DNA of 64,000 nt from a virus (lineage: Duplodnaviria > Caudoviricetes): the IMG/VR virus record IMGVR_UViG_3300047561_001367, positions 32,001-96,000 of that record; one strand, given 5' to 3'. This document shows positions 28,105 through 38,700 of the stretch, piece by piece (within the stretch, counting starts at the first letter, position 1; every line of letters begins with the position of its first letter). A program made the position numbers and the translations under genes. The notes below the pieces were generated by a model. The model was not told where the DNA came from and did not search any database. It worked only from the letters and a program-made list of their open reading frames with translations.

Positions 28105-29950
28105 TTATACAGATTATTATTTAAATAATATTGATACGGCTGCAAAGTCAAATATCTTTTTAAGATTTAATTTTTTAGAAACAGGTCTTATCGTAAAAAA
28201 TTTAGGTTATGCTTCTGGATTATTTTCAGGGCAAATCATTCCTAGAGTAAATAATTTTTGGCAAGATTCCGGTAAGGCTTATTTTTCTGGTAATTACATT
28301 AAAATTCCACAAATTACTGGTAGTGGACTTTTTGATATAAAAGATTCTACATTTATTTTTAACTATGAAAAATTAAAAATAGGATCTCATACATTTATTT
28401 CTAATGTTATCCGTGAAAATAGTACTGAGTATAACGTTAATGCTAACTCTTATACTGCTAATATTTATAAAGGATTTGAATTTGGTATAACAGCAAATAA
28501 TAATCTTTATTTTGAATATTTTAATGAAAATGGAGCAAATGTTTTTGTACAGAATAAAACTTTGGCAGATAAATCTGCTGTATTTTTAACTTTATTAAAT
28601 AATTCTATAAATTTTGGATATTTTGATTTTGTTACCCAAACAATTATTTCTGATAATTTTGCTATTAATTCAAGTTATATATTTAATCCTAAAAATTTAT
28701 ATATTGGATACAATCCAGATTCTTATGGCTTATATAATAATAACACCCCATTTGTAGGAAAAATAGCAGATTTTATGATTTCATCTCCGAAATTATTTTC
28801 GTCTCAAATCATTGAATTACAAAAAGGATTTTCATATAAATATACCCCTGGATATGAAGTAGTTACTTCGGGATTCATTACTGGAATTACTGGGTCATTA
28901 TTTACTATTACTGGTACTGGCTATATTATAACGGGTTATCAAAAAACTGCGACTGGTGTTATTACTGATAATTGGGGATTTGAAACTATGGGTTATAGTT
29001 TAAGTGCATTATATGGAGAGGAATTATTATATGGTAATCTTGATTTAACTGGATCTTATTGGGTATATAATACAGGGGTTAGTGGAAGCATAATTGAAAC
29101 ATATGGAAATAATTTTCTATCATTTTGTAAAAAAGTAATAAAATTTAATTCAAAAAAAGATAACGATGATTTTATTGAATTAGGTTTAAACACTGGAAAT
29201 TCAGAAGTTTTAAATAAAAAAAATATTCCTTTATTTTTTGATAATTACTCTAGTTCGTTTTTACGTAAAAATTTTAGAATCGATGATAAACATATATCTG
29301 TTTTTGCTAATGGCCAATTACAATTATCTGGTTTAATCAGTGGTATACCCCCCCAATATAATCAAGATATTATTAGAATAATAAATAATGATTATGGATT
29401 TGAAGATAGAAGGCTAATTTTTTATAATTTGTATGATAACAAATCTTTTGATTCAATTTTTATTGATTTAAAAACTGGCGATGCTGTAGAAATTAAAAAT
29501 TTTGTATACACTAAGGAACTCGTAGATCACTTATTTATAAATCATCGGATTCCATATAAATGGAGGGGGGCTTGGAAATACTGGAATTTTAATTCTACTA
29601 ATTCGTCAATGAACCTAGAACAGCATTTAAATTTAATAGAAGAAAATAGTAATTATAATTTATTCTTTAATGGCCAAAAACTAATCGAGGGTATCGATTA
29701 TCCTTATGATGGACTTACTGGTAATTTATTAATTGTTAGTCGTGATTATGATTATAATAATATTACTTCTGGGATATCTTCTATTTTATTAGACAATAAT
29801 TTTTACGATCAAACTTCTGAGATTTATGTAAATGGTATTCGACAAACTTTTAATGAAGATTATATTGAATTAGGTGAATTTGATTTAAATACTGGAACGC
29901 TGTTTTTAGAAAATCAACCTGATTTTATATATAATAATACAGACTTATAG
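28094..29950 (+). CDS. Tail-associated protein with a LamG/concanavalin-like N-terminal domain
   Basis: Likely start MEANYT at 28094. Motifs 'YFSGNYIKI', 'NLYIGY', 'FVGKIADFMIS', then repeated '[VL]F.NGQ' / 'IYVNGIRQ....DY'. Confidence 0.5.
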   Translation: MEANYTDYYLNNIDTAAKSNIFLRFNFLETGLIVKNLGYASGLFSGQIIPRVNNFWQDSGKAYFSGNYIKIPQITGSGLFDIKDSTFIFNYEKLKIGSHTFISNVIRENSTEYNVNANSYTANIYKGFEFGITANNNLYFEYFNENGANVFVQNKTLADKSAVFLTLLNNSINFGYFDFVTQTIISDNFAINSSYIFNPKNLYIGYNPDSYGLYNNNTPFVGKIADFMISSPKLFSSQIIELQKGFSYKYTPGYEVVTSGFITGITGSLFTITGTGYIITGYQKTATGVITDNWGFETMGYSLSALYGEELLYGNLDLTGSYWVYNTGVSGSIIETYGNNFLSFCKKVIKFNSKKDNDDFIELGLNTGNSEVLNKKNIPLFFDNYSSSFLRKNFRIDDKHISVFANGQLQLSGLISGIPPQYNQDIIRIINNDYGFEDRRLIFYNLYDNKSFDSIFIDLKTGDAVEIKNFVYTKELVDHLFINHRIPYKWRGAWKYWNFNSTNSSMNLEQHLNLIEENSNYNLFFNGQKLIEGIDYPYDGLTGNLLIVSRDYDYNNITSGISSILLDNNFYDQTSEIYVNGIRQTFNEDYIELGEFDLNTGTLFLENQPDFIYNNTDL

Positions 29951-29954
29951 AGTT

Positions 29955-32882
29955 ATGAGAACTATTGATGTTAATAAAATACAGGGCGGTAATTTTTATG
30001 GAGGATTTCCATATAAAGTAAGCTGGCAGTTTGGAGGTTTAAAAGAACCGTCTCGATTAATTATAGAGGTAGTAAATAAAGATGGAAATTATGGTACTCC
30101 AATTTTAAGTTTTACGGATGAAGTATCTATGACTATAGGAAGTTTTAAGTTTCAAGGGTACTTAATTAGTTACGAATTAGATTCCACAGTACAGGAGAAA
30201 ATTTTAAGATTAGAATATGTTGATAAAAGTGTTATTATGGATAGATGGTGGGTTGGATTGAATGGAATCCATGGTGATAAAAAAAATAATAAAACTTTTC
30301 AAAATATGATTATTGTAGGTAAGCAATATCATCCATGTGATGAAAATATGGATTCTTCAATCGAATATACAGAAGTACAACCAAAGATTGATGCGTGTGA
30401 TCCATGTCCATATCTTCCACCAAATAAATATGATAACGCATGTAAGCCGGAACTAAAAGACATGGAAAATTTTGCTACATATTATACTTTTAGTGATTTA
30501 ATAAATCAGGTAAAAACTAAGGTTCCAGATTTAAATATTAAATATGATGCAACTAAAATATATATGTATAAAGCTCAGCATATTGGACCATTAAGGAGTG
30601 TGTTAGACTCTTGGGCTCAAGATTTGGGACTTTTGTATTTTTGGGATCCTTTTACAAAGGAGTTAAGTTTTAAAAATAGATCTATATTAGTTCCGCATGG
30701 TTTAACTTACGAAGATTTAAAATCAAATAAACAAGACGTTGTAGATGTTAAGTTTAAAAAAACATTAGAGGGTACATACTCTCGTGGTTTTATTGGATCA
30801 TTAAGAATGCCAGGTGAAGAAAAGCAATATAGATGTGAAAATGAAACTGCGGAAGTACTAAAACCATTAACTATTAATGATTTATATAATTTGCAAGATA
30901 ATACTACCCCAACTAATGCTAGTGATATTACTGATATGGAGGCTATAGAAATTTCTACTGCTTTATCCTATTATTCACAAGATTTACGAGATAGTTTTTT
31001 ATGGTTTAAATACTATAATATAAAAAACCATACGGATTGCGAAAAATATATTGTAGATACCGGCTCTTCATCTTCGTCTTCATCTTCTAGCGGTTCATCA
31101 TCGTCTTCATCAAAATCGTCTTCCTCTTCATCTAAACAACAATCAAGTAGTAAATCTTCTCTGAAGAGATCACCTTCAAATAATCAGTCTAAAGGTGGGG
31201 CAAAAGGTAATTCTTATGTTGGAAGTTCGCAACAATCAATAAATTCTCAAAATTTTCAAAAAAAACCTGGTTCATTATGGGGTTCGACTTCTGTTGGGCC
31301 TCAACCAAAATCTGATCCTTTAAATTTAGAATTATTTGGTTTTATGAAGATATTAGATGTCTACCATCCAAAAGGTACGCGTGATAAATCAAAATCAAAT
31401 TTTTATAAGTGTCGTCGTTACATGAGTAAAGATCAAAAGAAAGCTGCAATGGGAAAAAATGGGACTCCAGATGATCCAAAATATTATTTTTTTGTAGCCG
31501 AAAGTGATGAGGCGTCTTACCAGATGCTAACACAAATTGAACAAAAACGTGCTTCCGAATTTTTAGGTATTTATTATTGGCGTTATTTTAACACAAGAGT
31601 TCCAGGAGCAAGTAATGCAAGTACTGAAGTTAAGGTAACTGGACCGCCAGATGATGGTGGGGGGCAATGGTTTAGGGCAAATGAAGCTTCTAATAATTTA
31701 GCACTATTTAAATTTGACCATACTAAAGATTCTTTAATTGGCGGCTTTTTAAAAGACTCCCTATCATCTGGAGCGCAGGAAAATGATGATAAAATGGCTA
31801 CTCGTGAAGCTACTACATATACAGCAAATAATAGAACCCCAGACGATTTATTAACAAAGAGTATAATGATTTGGAATAGAACCCCGAAATGGGTGCCAGA
31901 AAAAGATTTTGCAGATAAATGGTACCAAACATTATATGCATGGCATAAAGATCAAATACCAGCAAAATTTTCAAACAGTGACGGTCGCCCCGAGTTTTTA
32001 AAAAAAATTTATGCTGATGCAAGATGGAATCCAAATATTAGATTATATATAGTTAAAGAATTAGATGATTATAAATTTAGCACTAAACAGGTTAAACATC
32101 CCAAAGAGCAAAAACATGGAAATTATTTAAAAAATCATGAGAATGGAGATGGTAGCTCTTTTAAAGAAAATCGTGGTACTTGGGGGTTACAAAATACTAC
32201 TACTGTAGAAATAACTATTCCAGGTATGGTAATCTCACCACCAGTGCAATCCTTTAGCAAAATAACTGATGATATAGCACAAGCTTATACTGTAGATGGG
32301 CCTAATCAAAGTTATACGAAAGGCTATAGAGTTTGGCCCGAATGTTCATCAAATTTTAAAAAATTATTACCAAAATTTGAATACACTAAAGGATATGATG
32401 CTGAAAATGCTGATAAGGTTCAATTTGTTCAATATAATGCCGTTGAAATTGCCGAGTCGAATTTGTCTCTATTTAGTGACAAATGTGTTCCATCTGCGGA
32501 TGATATAGACGAATACGTACAAGATGTTGGCTTATTAAGTAAATATAGCGTTACAGATGAAAAAGATATTATTAATTTTAGAATGGCTGGCGTTTTTCCA
32601 GAGGAATATCATATTGAAAATGGATTATCTTCTGCATCAGTTGAAATTTCTGATAAAGGTTCTTACACATCCTATGAATTTACAGATATGTATTTAGAAC
32701 CGCCATCACAAACAGCTCTCGATCAAAGTTTTAGAAATAAACGTCTTGATATGCGTTTGAGCTATTTAAATAACTTAATATCAGCTGGTGGCATAGCAGA
32801 GGGTAGTAATTATAAAAGTTTACAAAGAACGGATGAAAAGATAGGTAAAACTATGAGAAGCAATCTCTACGGCAAATTTTAG
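29955..32882 (+). CDS. Putative baseplate hub/Tal-like tail protein with poly-Ser insert
   Basis: 'GPLRSVLDSWAQDLGLLYFWDP' hub-like motif; synteny. Confidence 0.5.
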   Translation: MRTIDVNKIQGGNFYGGFPYKVSWQFGGLKEPSRLIIEVVNKDGNYGTPILSFTDEVSMTIGSFKFQGYLISYELDSTVQEKILRLEYVDKSVIMDRWWVGLNGIHGDKKNNKTFQNMIIVGKQYHPCDENMDSSIEYTEVQPKIDACDPCPYLPPNKYDNACKPELKDMENFATYYTFSDLINQVKTKVPDLNIKYDATKIYMYKAQHIGPLRSVLDSWAQDLGLLYFWDPFTKELSFKNRSILVPHGLTYEDLKSNKQDVVDVKFKKTLEGTYSRGFIGSLRMPGEEKQYRCENETAEVLKPLTINDLYNLQDNTTPTNASDITDMEAIEISTALSYYSQDLRDSFLWFKYYNIKNHTDCEKYIVDTGSSSSSSSSSGSSSSSSKSSSSSSKQQSSSKSSLKRSPSNNQSKGGAKGNSYVGSSQQSINSQNFQKKPGSLWGSTSVGPQPKSDPLNLELFGFMKILDVYHPKGTRDKSKSNFYKCRRYMSKDQKKAAMGKNGTPDDPKYYFFVAESDEASYQMLTQIEQKRASEFLGIYYWRYFNTRVPGASNASTEVKVTGPPDDGGGQWFRANEASNNLALFKFDHTKDSLIGGFLKDSLSSGAQENDDKMATREATTYTANNRTPDDLLTKSIMIWNRTPKWVPEKDFADKWYQTLYAWHKDQIPAKFSNSDGRPEFLKKIYADARWNPNIRLYIVKELDDYKFSTKQVKHPKEQKHGNYLKNHENGDGSSFKENRGTWGLQNTTTVEITIPGMVISPPVQSFSKITDDIAQAYTVDGPNQSYTKGYRVWPECSSNFKKLLPKFEYTKGYDAENADKVQFVQYNAVEIAESNLSLFSDKCVPSADDIDEYVQDVGLLSKYSVTDEKDIINFRMAGVFPEEYHIENGLSSASVEISDKGSYTSYEFTDMYLEPPSQTALDQSFRNKRLDMRLSYLNNLISAGGIAEGSNYKSLQRTDEKIGKTMRSNLYGKF

Positions 32883-32895
32883 TGTAATTATGTAA

Positions 32896-35706
32896 ATGGT
32901 CATTTCAGGTTTAAGGTCAAAATCTATATATCCCCAAAATAAAATAAATTGGGCGGCAGACTTTAATTTTTTACCTAATACTGGAAATAATTCCTTTTCT
33001 TTTGGATTTTCCGGTGGTAATGAAAACTACTTGGAAGTTTTTAAATTAAAAAATAACAAAATTTATGATAAAGACGGCTTATTAATTAGCAATTACTCTA
33101 ATAATATAAATACTAATTTTTCGGGAAATATCGCGGAATCTGGATATAGTTTATATAAGAACGGAACTTCTTTATTTGATAATAAATTTAAAAATTCGTT
33201 TCCAATATCTTCTTTTGTATTAAATACGGATGGAAGTTTTGTTAATTTTAATAATTTAAAAATTTTAGGTACACGTCCCGAATTTTTTATTAGTTCCACT
33301 CCGACAGTTTTCTCTAATTTCCAAATTAATATTCCTATTGCTATTTATAATAATGGATTATCTCCTTTTTATATTTATTCTGGATATACTTATAACACGA
33401 ATTTTTCAGTTTTTATTCCAGAGCAAATTTTAGTTAACCCTTCTAGTTCTGGTGTTTTTAACCTTATTAATAATAATTTATATGAAGGTACTGCTAATGT
33501 ACCTATAACTCTTTATACAAATATTGGTAATCTTGATTTAACTGTCAATCTAAATGGATCCAAAAATAATTTAAATAATGATATATATTATTATTCTTTT
33601 GGTCCCGAAGCGTATACGATAGACAATAATATTACTGGAAAATATGGTCTAAATTTTTATAGTAAAAGCGGGTCTAATGTTTCTATTAGTTTCACGTATA
33701 TAAGCGGAACTACTGGAAGTTTTTATAAATTTTACCAGGTGTTAAATATTATTGAAAATATTCCAGTTAGTGGTATAATTTCGGGAACTGGATTTTTAAA
33801 TTCAGATTTACAAATTGGTATTGTTGAAAAACTAAATTTACTAAATAATGAAATAGAAACTGGTCTTGGATCAGGATATATAAATAAATATAAAATAGCC
33901 GAAGATCAAATTGTTTCATATGATTATCAAGCATTAGCGACTGGATTAGGAAATGGATATTTATTAACAAATATACCGGCCAGTGGACATCAATCTAATA
34001 TTAAATATTCTGGTTATTTAAGTTATCTTGGTGGTGTAGTTACTGGTTATGCATTTGGTAATATTACAGGCACAGTTCCAGACGCTAAAGCTGGATGGAT
34101 ATATAATGAATATGGTGATTTTTTACCACCAGTAATAAGTCAAAATGGTATTAATATTATTTGTAAATATAGACCAGAATTATCTATATGTAATGTCGGT
34201 ACTGAATCTAATAATTTTATTTATAAAAGGGAGAGTGGCTATGCGTCTGGTATTTCTACTTTTTATTCACAATATACTGGTAAAATTTTTCTAGATTATT
34301 CACCGTCCGATTATAATGAAATTAATCTTAAATCTTCATTATTATTTGTAACTGGTAACTTTAGTGGTTTATTTGATATTATTGGTGGAGCCTATGCGAC
34401 TGGTGGTAGAATTAGTGGGAAAATTCTTGGAGATTTTGCTCAATATTTTGAGCCAGGTCTTTGGACTTTTTCTAAACCTTGGGGCGGAGCAATTACTGGT
34501 GAATCTTTTTTAACGTGGACAGGTACCGGATTTAACCCAATCACAGCTGAATATTTAACTGAAATTACAACCGGATTATTTGTGGGGACTATTTCTAGCT
34601 CAGGATTTTTAAATTTTTGTAATCCAGAAATTCCACAAAATTTAACGGTATCAGGTATACCCAATTTTGTTAAGAAATTAGACTCAAAAGATAGAAGTAT
34701 TTATTCCAATCAACTTGCGGCGCCATTCATTTTAACACCTAATTTATATTTTGAAGAGTCTAAATATGAAAATAGTAATTTTTTAATTACAGGTGGAGAT
34801 GCACGTTTATATAATGAATACCCTTCTGGAGGGAGAACTAGAATTTCTAGACTTGGAAATACTCCGAGTGGTAGTGGAAAATTTGATAATTTATTTCAAA
34901 TCACAGGTTTTACTGGGCTATATTTTCAATACACGGGAGAAAATGGTGAACTTTTATATCAAGATAAATTAGATAGTTTTGGACAAAAAATTCCTAAATA
35001 TAGCAGTATATATCAATGTATGCCATTAACTGGATCTAATGGACTTCCAATTACTGGCGCTGATGGTAATCCTATTACTGGTTCAGATGGAAATTTTGTT
35101 CCACAGCCGCTACTTACTTCAAATGGTACTCCAATATTAAGGCAAGTTATTGATACGAATGGTGATCCAATTTATGATGAAAATGGTAACCCAGTAATAG
35201 ATTACGTATGCCAACCATTCCTTGGTTTAGATGGCAAACCAGTATATTTACCACAAAAAGACGCAAATGGAAATATTATTTATGATAAAATTCCTATTGA
35301 TGAATATATTGCAACTGGTTTTTGGGGTTGGAAAGAAACCCTTGAAGTTATTCCTAGTACTTACTACGAAACTGGAATCCCGCCATCTATTCAAAATATT
35401 CAGGCAAAATGTTATCTAAGCGACTCATGTGATGTTTCTATTATTAATTTTATAGTTAAAAAGCCTACATTTTATTTTTCGGGTGAGGATACATCTATTA
35501 ATGAGACTTCTTTTACTGGATGTTTTAGTGGCTGGCCATTAAGAGTTTTTGAAAATATCACCTCTGGAATAATTTTTGGATACGATTCATTTGCATCTGT
35601 AAGTGCGACTCCATATAATAAAATAAAAATAAATATATCTAACGACGGCTTAAGATATTTTAAATTTACTGGCATTGCTACATCAAGTAGTTCATCGTCT
35701 AATTAA
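32896..35706 (+). CDS. Large virion protein (SG/TG-rich, D-x-[DN]-G-x-P repeats, terminal poly-Ser)
   Basis: Translation; within the tail block. Confidence 0.55.
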   Translation: MVISGLRSKSIYPQNKINWAADFNFLPNTGNNSFSFGFSGGNENYLEVFKLKNNKIYDKDGLLISNYSNNINTNFSGNIAESGYSLYKNGTSLFDNKFKNSFPISSFVLNTDGSFVNFNNLKILGTRPEFFISSTPTVFSNFQINIPIAIYNNGLSPFYIYSGYTYNTNFSVFIPEQILVNPSSSGVFNLINNNLYEGTANVPITLYTNIGNLDLTVNLNGSKNNLNNDIYYYSFGPEAYTIDNNITGKYGLNFYSKSGSNVSISFTYISGTTGSFYKFYQVLNIIENIPVSGIISGTGFLNSDLQIGIVEKLNLLNNEIETGLGSGYINKYKIAEDQIVSYDYQALATGLGNGYLLTNIPASGHQSNIKYSGYLSYLGGVVTGYAFGNITGTVPDAKAGWIYNEYGDFLPPVISQNGINIICKYRPELSICNVGTESNNFIYKRESGYASGISTFYSQYTGKIFLDYSPSDYNEINLKSSLLFVTGNFSGLFDIIGGAYATGGRISGKILGDFAQYFEPGLWTFSKPWGGAITGESFLTWTGTGFNPITAEYLTEITTGLFVGTISSSGFLNFCNPEIPQNLTVSGIPNFVKKLDSKDRSIYSNQLAAPFILTPNLYFEESKYENSNFLITGGDARLYNEYPSGGRTRISRLGNTPSGSGKFDNLFQITGFTGLYFQYTGENGELLYQDKLDSFGQKIPKYSSIYQCMPLTGSNGLPITGADGNPITGSDGNFVPQPLLTSNGTPILRQVIDTNGDPIYDENGNPVIDYVCQPFLGLDGKPVYLPQKDANGNIIYDKIPIDEYIATGFWGWKETLEVIPSTYYETGIPPSIQNIQAKCYLSDSCDVSIINFIVKKPTFYFSGEDTSINETSFTGCFSGWPLRVFENITSGIIFGYDSFASVSATPYNKIKINISNDGLRYFKFTGIATSSSSSSN

Positions 35707-35774
35707 TATAAAATGTGTAAATATAAGAAATAAATTAATAATATGGAACTTTTTAGGAAAATAAAGGAATAAGT

Positions 35775-38700
35775 ATGATTAAATGGAAATTATTTGATAC
35801 TAATAGTAATCAGTGGAATGGGCCTGTAAATATTACAGATAATAAACTTACGATAAGGATGTCTCGGGCTACTCATTATTATGTAGGCACTGGAGATTTT
35901 GGATACCCTGATTCATTAGCGTGGAATAGTCCATCTGTTTGGGATGGTCGTTATGAAAGGTATACCTACGGGGGCGGAGATATAACAGTTCCAAACACAT
36001 ATTTAGAACCAGAAGGCTATTATGGTAACTATGTAAATTATAAATTAAAAGAGACTACTAGGTTTTCTAATGGTCTATTTGTGTTAGAGGCTCAACTTAT
36101 TGATGTGGGAATTAATGATTGGAGACTCCCATTAATAGATAATATTACAAGCTCAAACCCACAAGTTTTACGTTATTTTGGTTATCCAAATCCATATACA
36201 ACTGATCTACAATATTTTTATTATGGTAGTTTTACATCTAATCCAAGTTTAAATCTACGTTTTAATCCACTCACGAATGGTAACCAAACAGGCATTACTA
36301 ATTTGAGTTTTTGGTATCAAGGAGTTTTAACCGGAACTTTAGAAGTAAAATATCTTCAATATGAATATAAATTTAAAGGATTGGATGTTCCTAATAAAAT
36401 TCAATATAGAGATACTTATAAAATATCTAATTTAATTTCATCTGATGTAGAGTCTGATAATATTTATAAACGTCCAATTATGGTTTATTCCTCTAACCCT
36501 TCAATTTTTGAAGTAGAAGGGCGGGAGAGAAATAATACCATTAGTTATACGGAGTTTGTTCCGACTAAGAGTGAATGGACTATTTCTGGAGTATCTACTG
36601 GAACTGCAAATTTAATCATAATAAAACCTAGCGATTATTTTCATTTACCTACACAGAAGATTATTCCTATAGAGATTTCAAAACGAAATCAAGACGCTAA
36701 TTTTCAAATAAATCAAAAACCATATTTTTGCCCACCATGGAGAACTGGAGGGTATGATTTAAAATTAGTTGGTCAAAACGTAAATAATTTCATTTATTCA
36801 TGTAATAGTGATAAAGTAACTATTACAAATAATGGACTTTTTTATATAAATCCTAATGCAACTACCGGTTCTTTTGTAATTACTGGTTCGAGTGTTGGTA
36901 ATAATTTTTATAATGGATGGACGGGTTCAATAACTGGAGTCTTATTATCAGGTTTAGCGCCTTTATTATACCCTAAAAGTAAATATACAAATTATTCTTG
37001 GTCGAATGGACGTTTATCTAGCACCGTATTAGAATATTATTTTGAATTTTTAACTGGAGATCGTTCTTTTTCATTCAATTCTAGTTTAGATGTTAATAAT
37101 GCTCCTTGTAGTAACTATAGCCCAGCAACAACTTTTCTTTACCCTACTGATCCTTATTATGCACCCCCTTATCCAATATATACATTACCTCCAATAGTCT
37201 ATACAAGTTCGAACCCATCCGTTGCTACTATAAATATTACAGGATTAGCTACGTTTTTAAATACGGGTACTACAACAATAACCGCCGCTTTTACTGGAAG
37301 TAATCAATTTATACCAATATCTAGAAGATTTGAACTAGCTATTGTTAAAATACCAATAATAATTAAAGAAACTAATGGATATTATAATAAAAATATTGGT
37401 AGCGCCCCTTTCTCTTTAAAATCATCCGTAAATATTGATAGTAGTTTTGTAAATCGTCATCCGAATGCATCTACTTTAATTTTTAAAAATTTATTATATA
37501 GAAGTTTAAATACTGATATTCTGACGGTTAGCCCTGATGGATTAGTTAATATTGTTGGCGCTGGAAGTACAAATATAGAAATATATCAAGAAGAAACGTC
37601 GGATACTCTTTCAGCTAGTTTGATGGTACCAATAGCTGTTTCTAAAAATAATGCTGTTATTACCATCCCTAATCTTAATTATACTAAATTAGTTACTGAT
37701 AGCACTTTTAATTTAAATGCTACATCTAATAATGATGAAGTATTTTTAGATTATACAAACTCTAATCCTAGTGTTATAAGTGTCAATTCTACCGGCTTAG
37801 TCACAATTCTTAAAGCTGGCACGTCAAATATTATAATTAGCCAAGGCAGTAATTCTAATTGGGATGCGGCCATTAATAAAACAGCAAATATAACAATAAA
37901 TAAATTATCTAGCATTTTAAATTATCCAACAATTTCTGGTAAATTTTTAAATTCGCCGCCATTTAATTTATCAGTTATTAGTAATAATAATGAACCAATT
38001 TATTATAAATCAAATAATTCTGGAATAGCAGCTGTAAATTCCACTGGTAACGTAATTATTTTTAATAGTGGCCAAACTACTATCGAAGTTTATCAAACTG
38101 GAAATAATATTTGGACCCCTACGTCTATAACTCAAAATTTAATAGTTGGAGGATTAGATTTACCGAAATTTATTACTGGAGAGAAGATTATTATTTCAAA
38201 TAATGATAATTATAATGGCATATATTGGATAAGAGAAATTACTCCAGATGGTAAACACTATATAGAATGTTTACCTGATTGTCCATCTGAACCCGTAATA
38301 GATGCGACTTTATCAGGTCCAGAAATTTATTCAAATTTCGGCTGGTGTATTGATTTGAATAGAGATGGGAATACTCTTGTTGTTGGGGCTCCAAAAGAAA
38401 ACTACCAATTTAAAAGAAATGTTGGCTTTGTTTATGTTTACAACAGATATGGAGACTCAAATTCTTGGTATTTGAATACAAAACTAAGTGGGGCTGCAGC
38501 AGTTAAAGATTTAAGAAATTTTGGAAATTTTGGACAAAGCATTGCCATTAATAGCGGTAATATCATCGCCATAGGCACGCCGTTCTATAGGCCATCAAGC
38601 CAGGAATTTTTACCATTTAATGGGGGCTTAGGCGCAGTTAGAGTCTTTAATTTAAATAATGGTAACTGGAGTGGTCAAAATATTTTAAGTACACACTCGG

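Noticed and set aside
34651-34671. SGIPNFV in 32896..35706 as another GFIPNF site
   Set aside because: It lacks the aromatic residue after G and is a single copy; likely coincidence.
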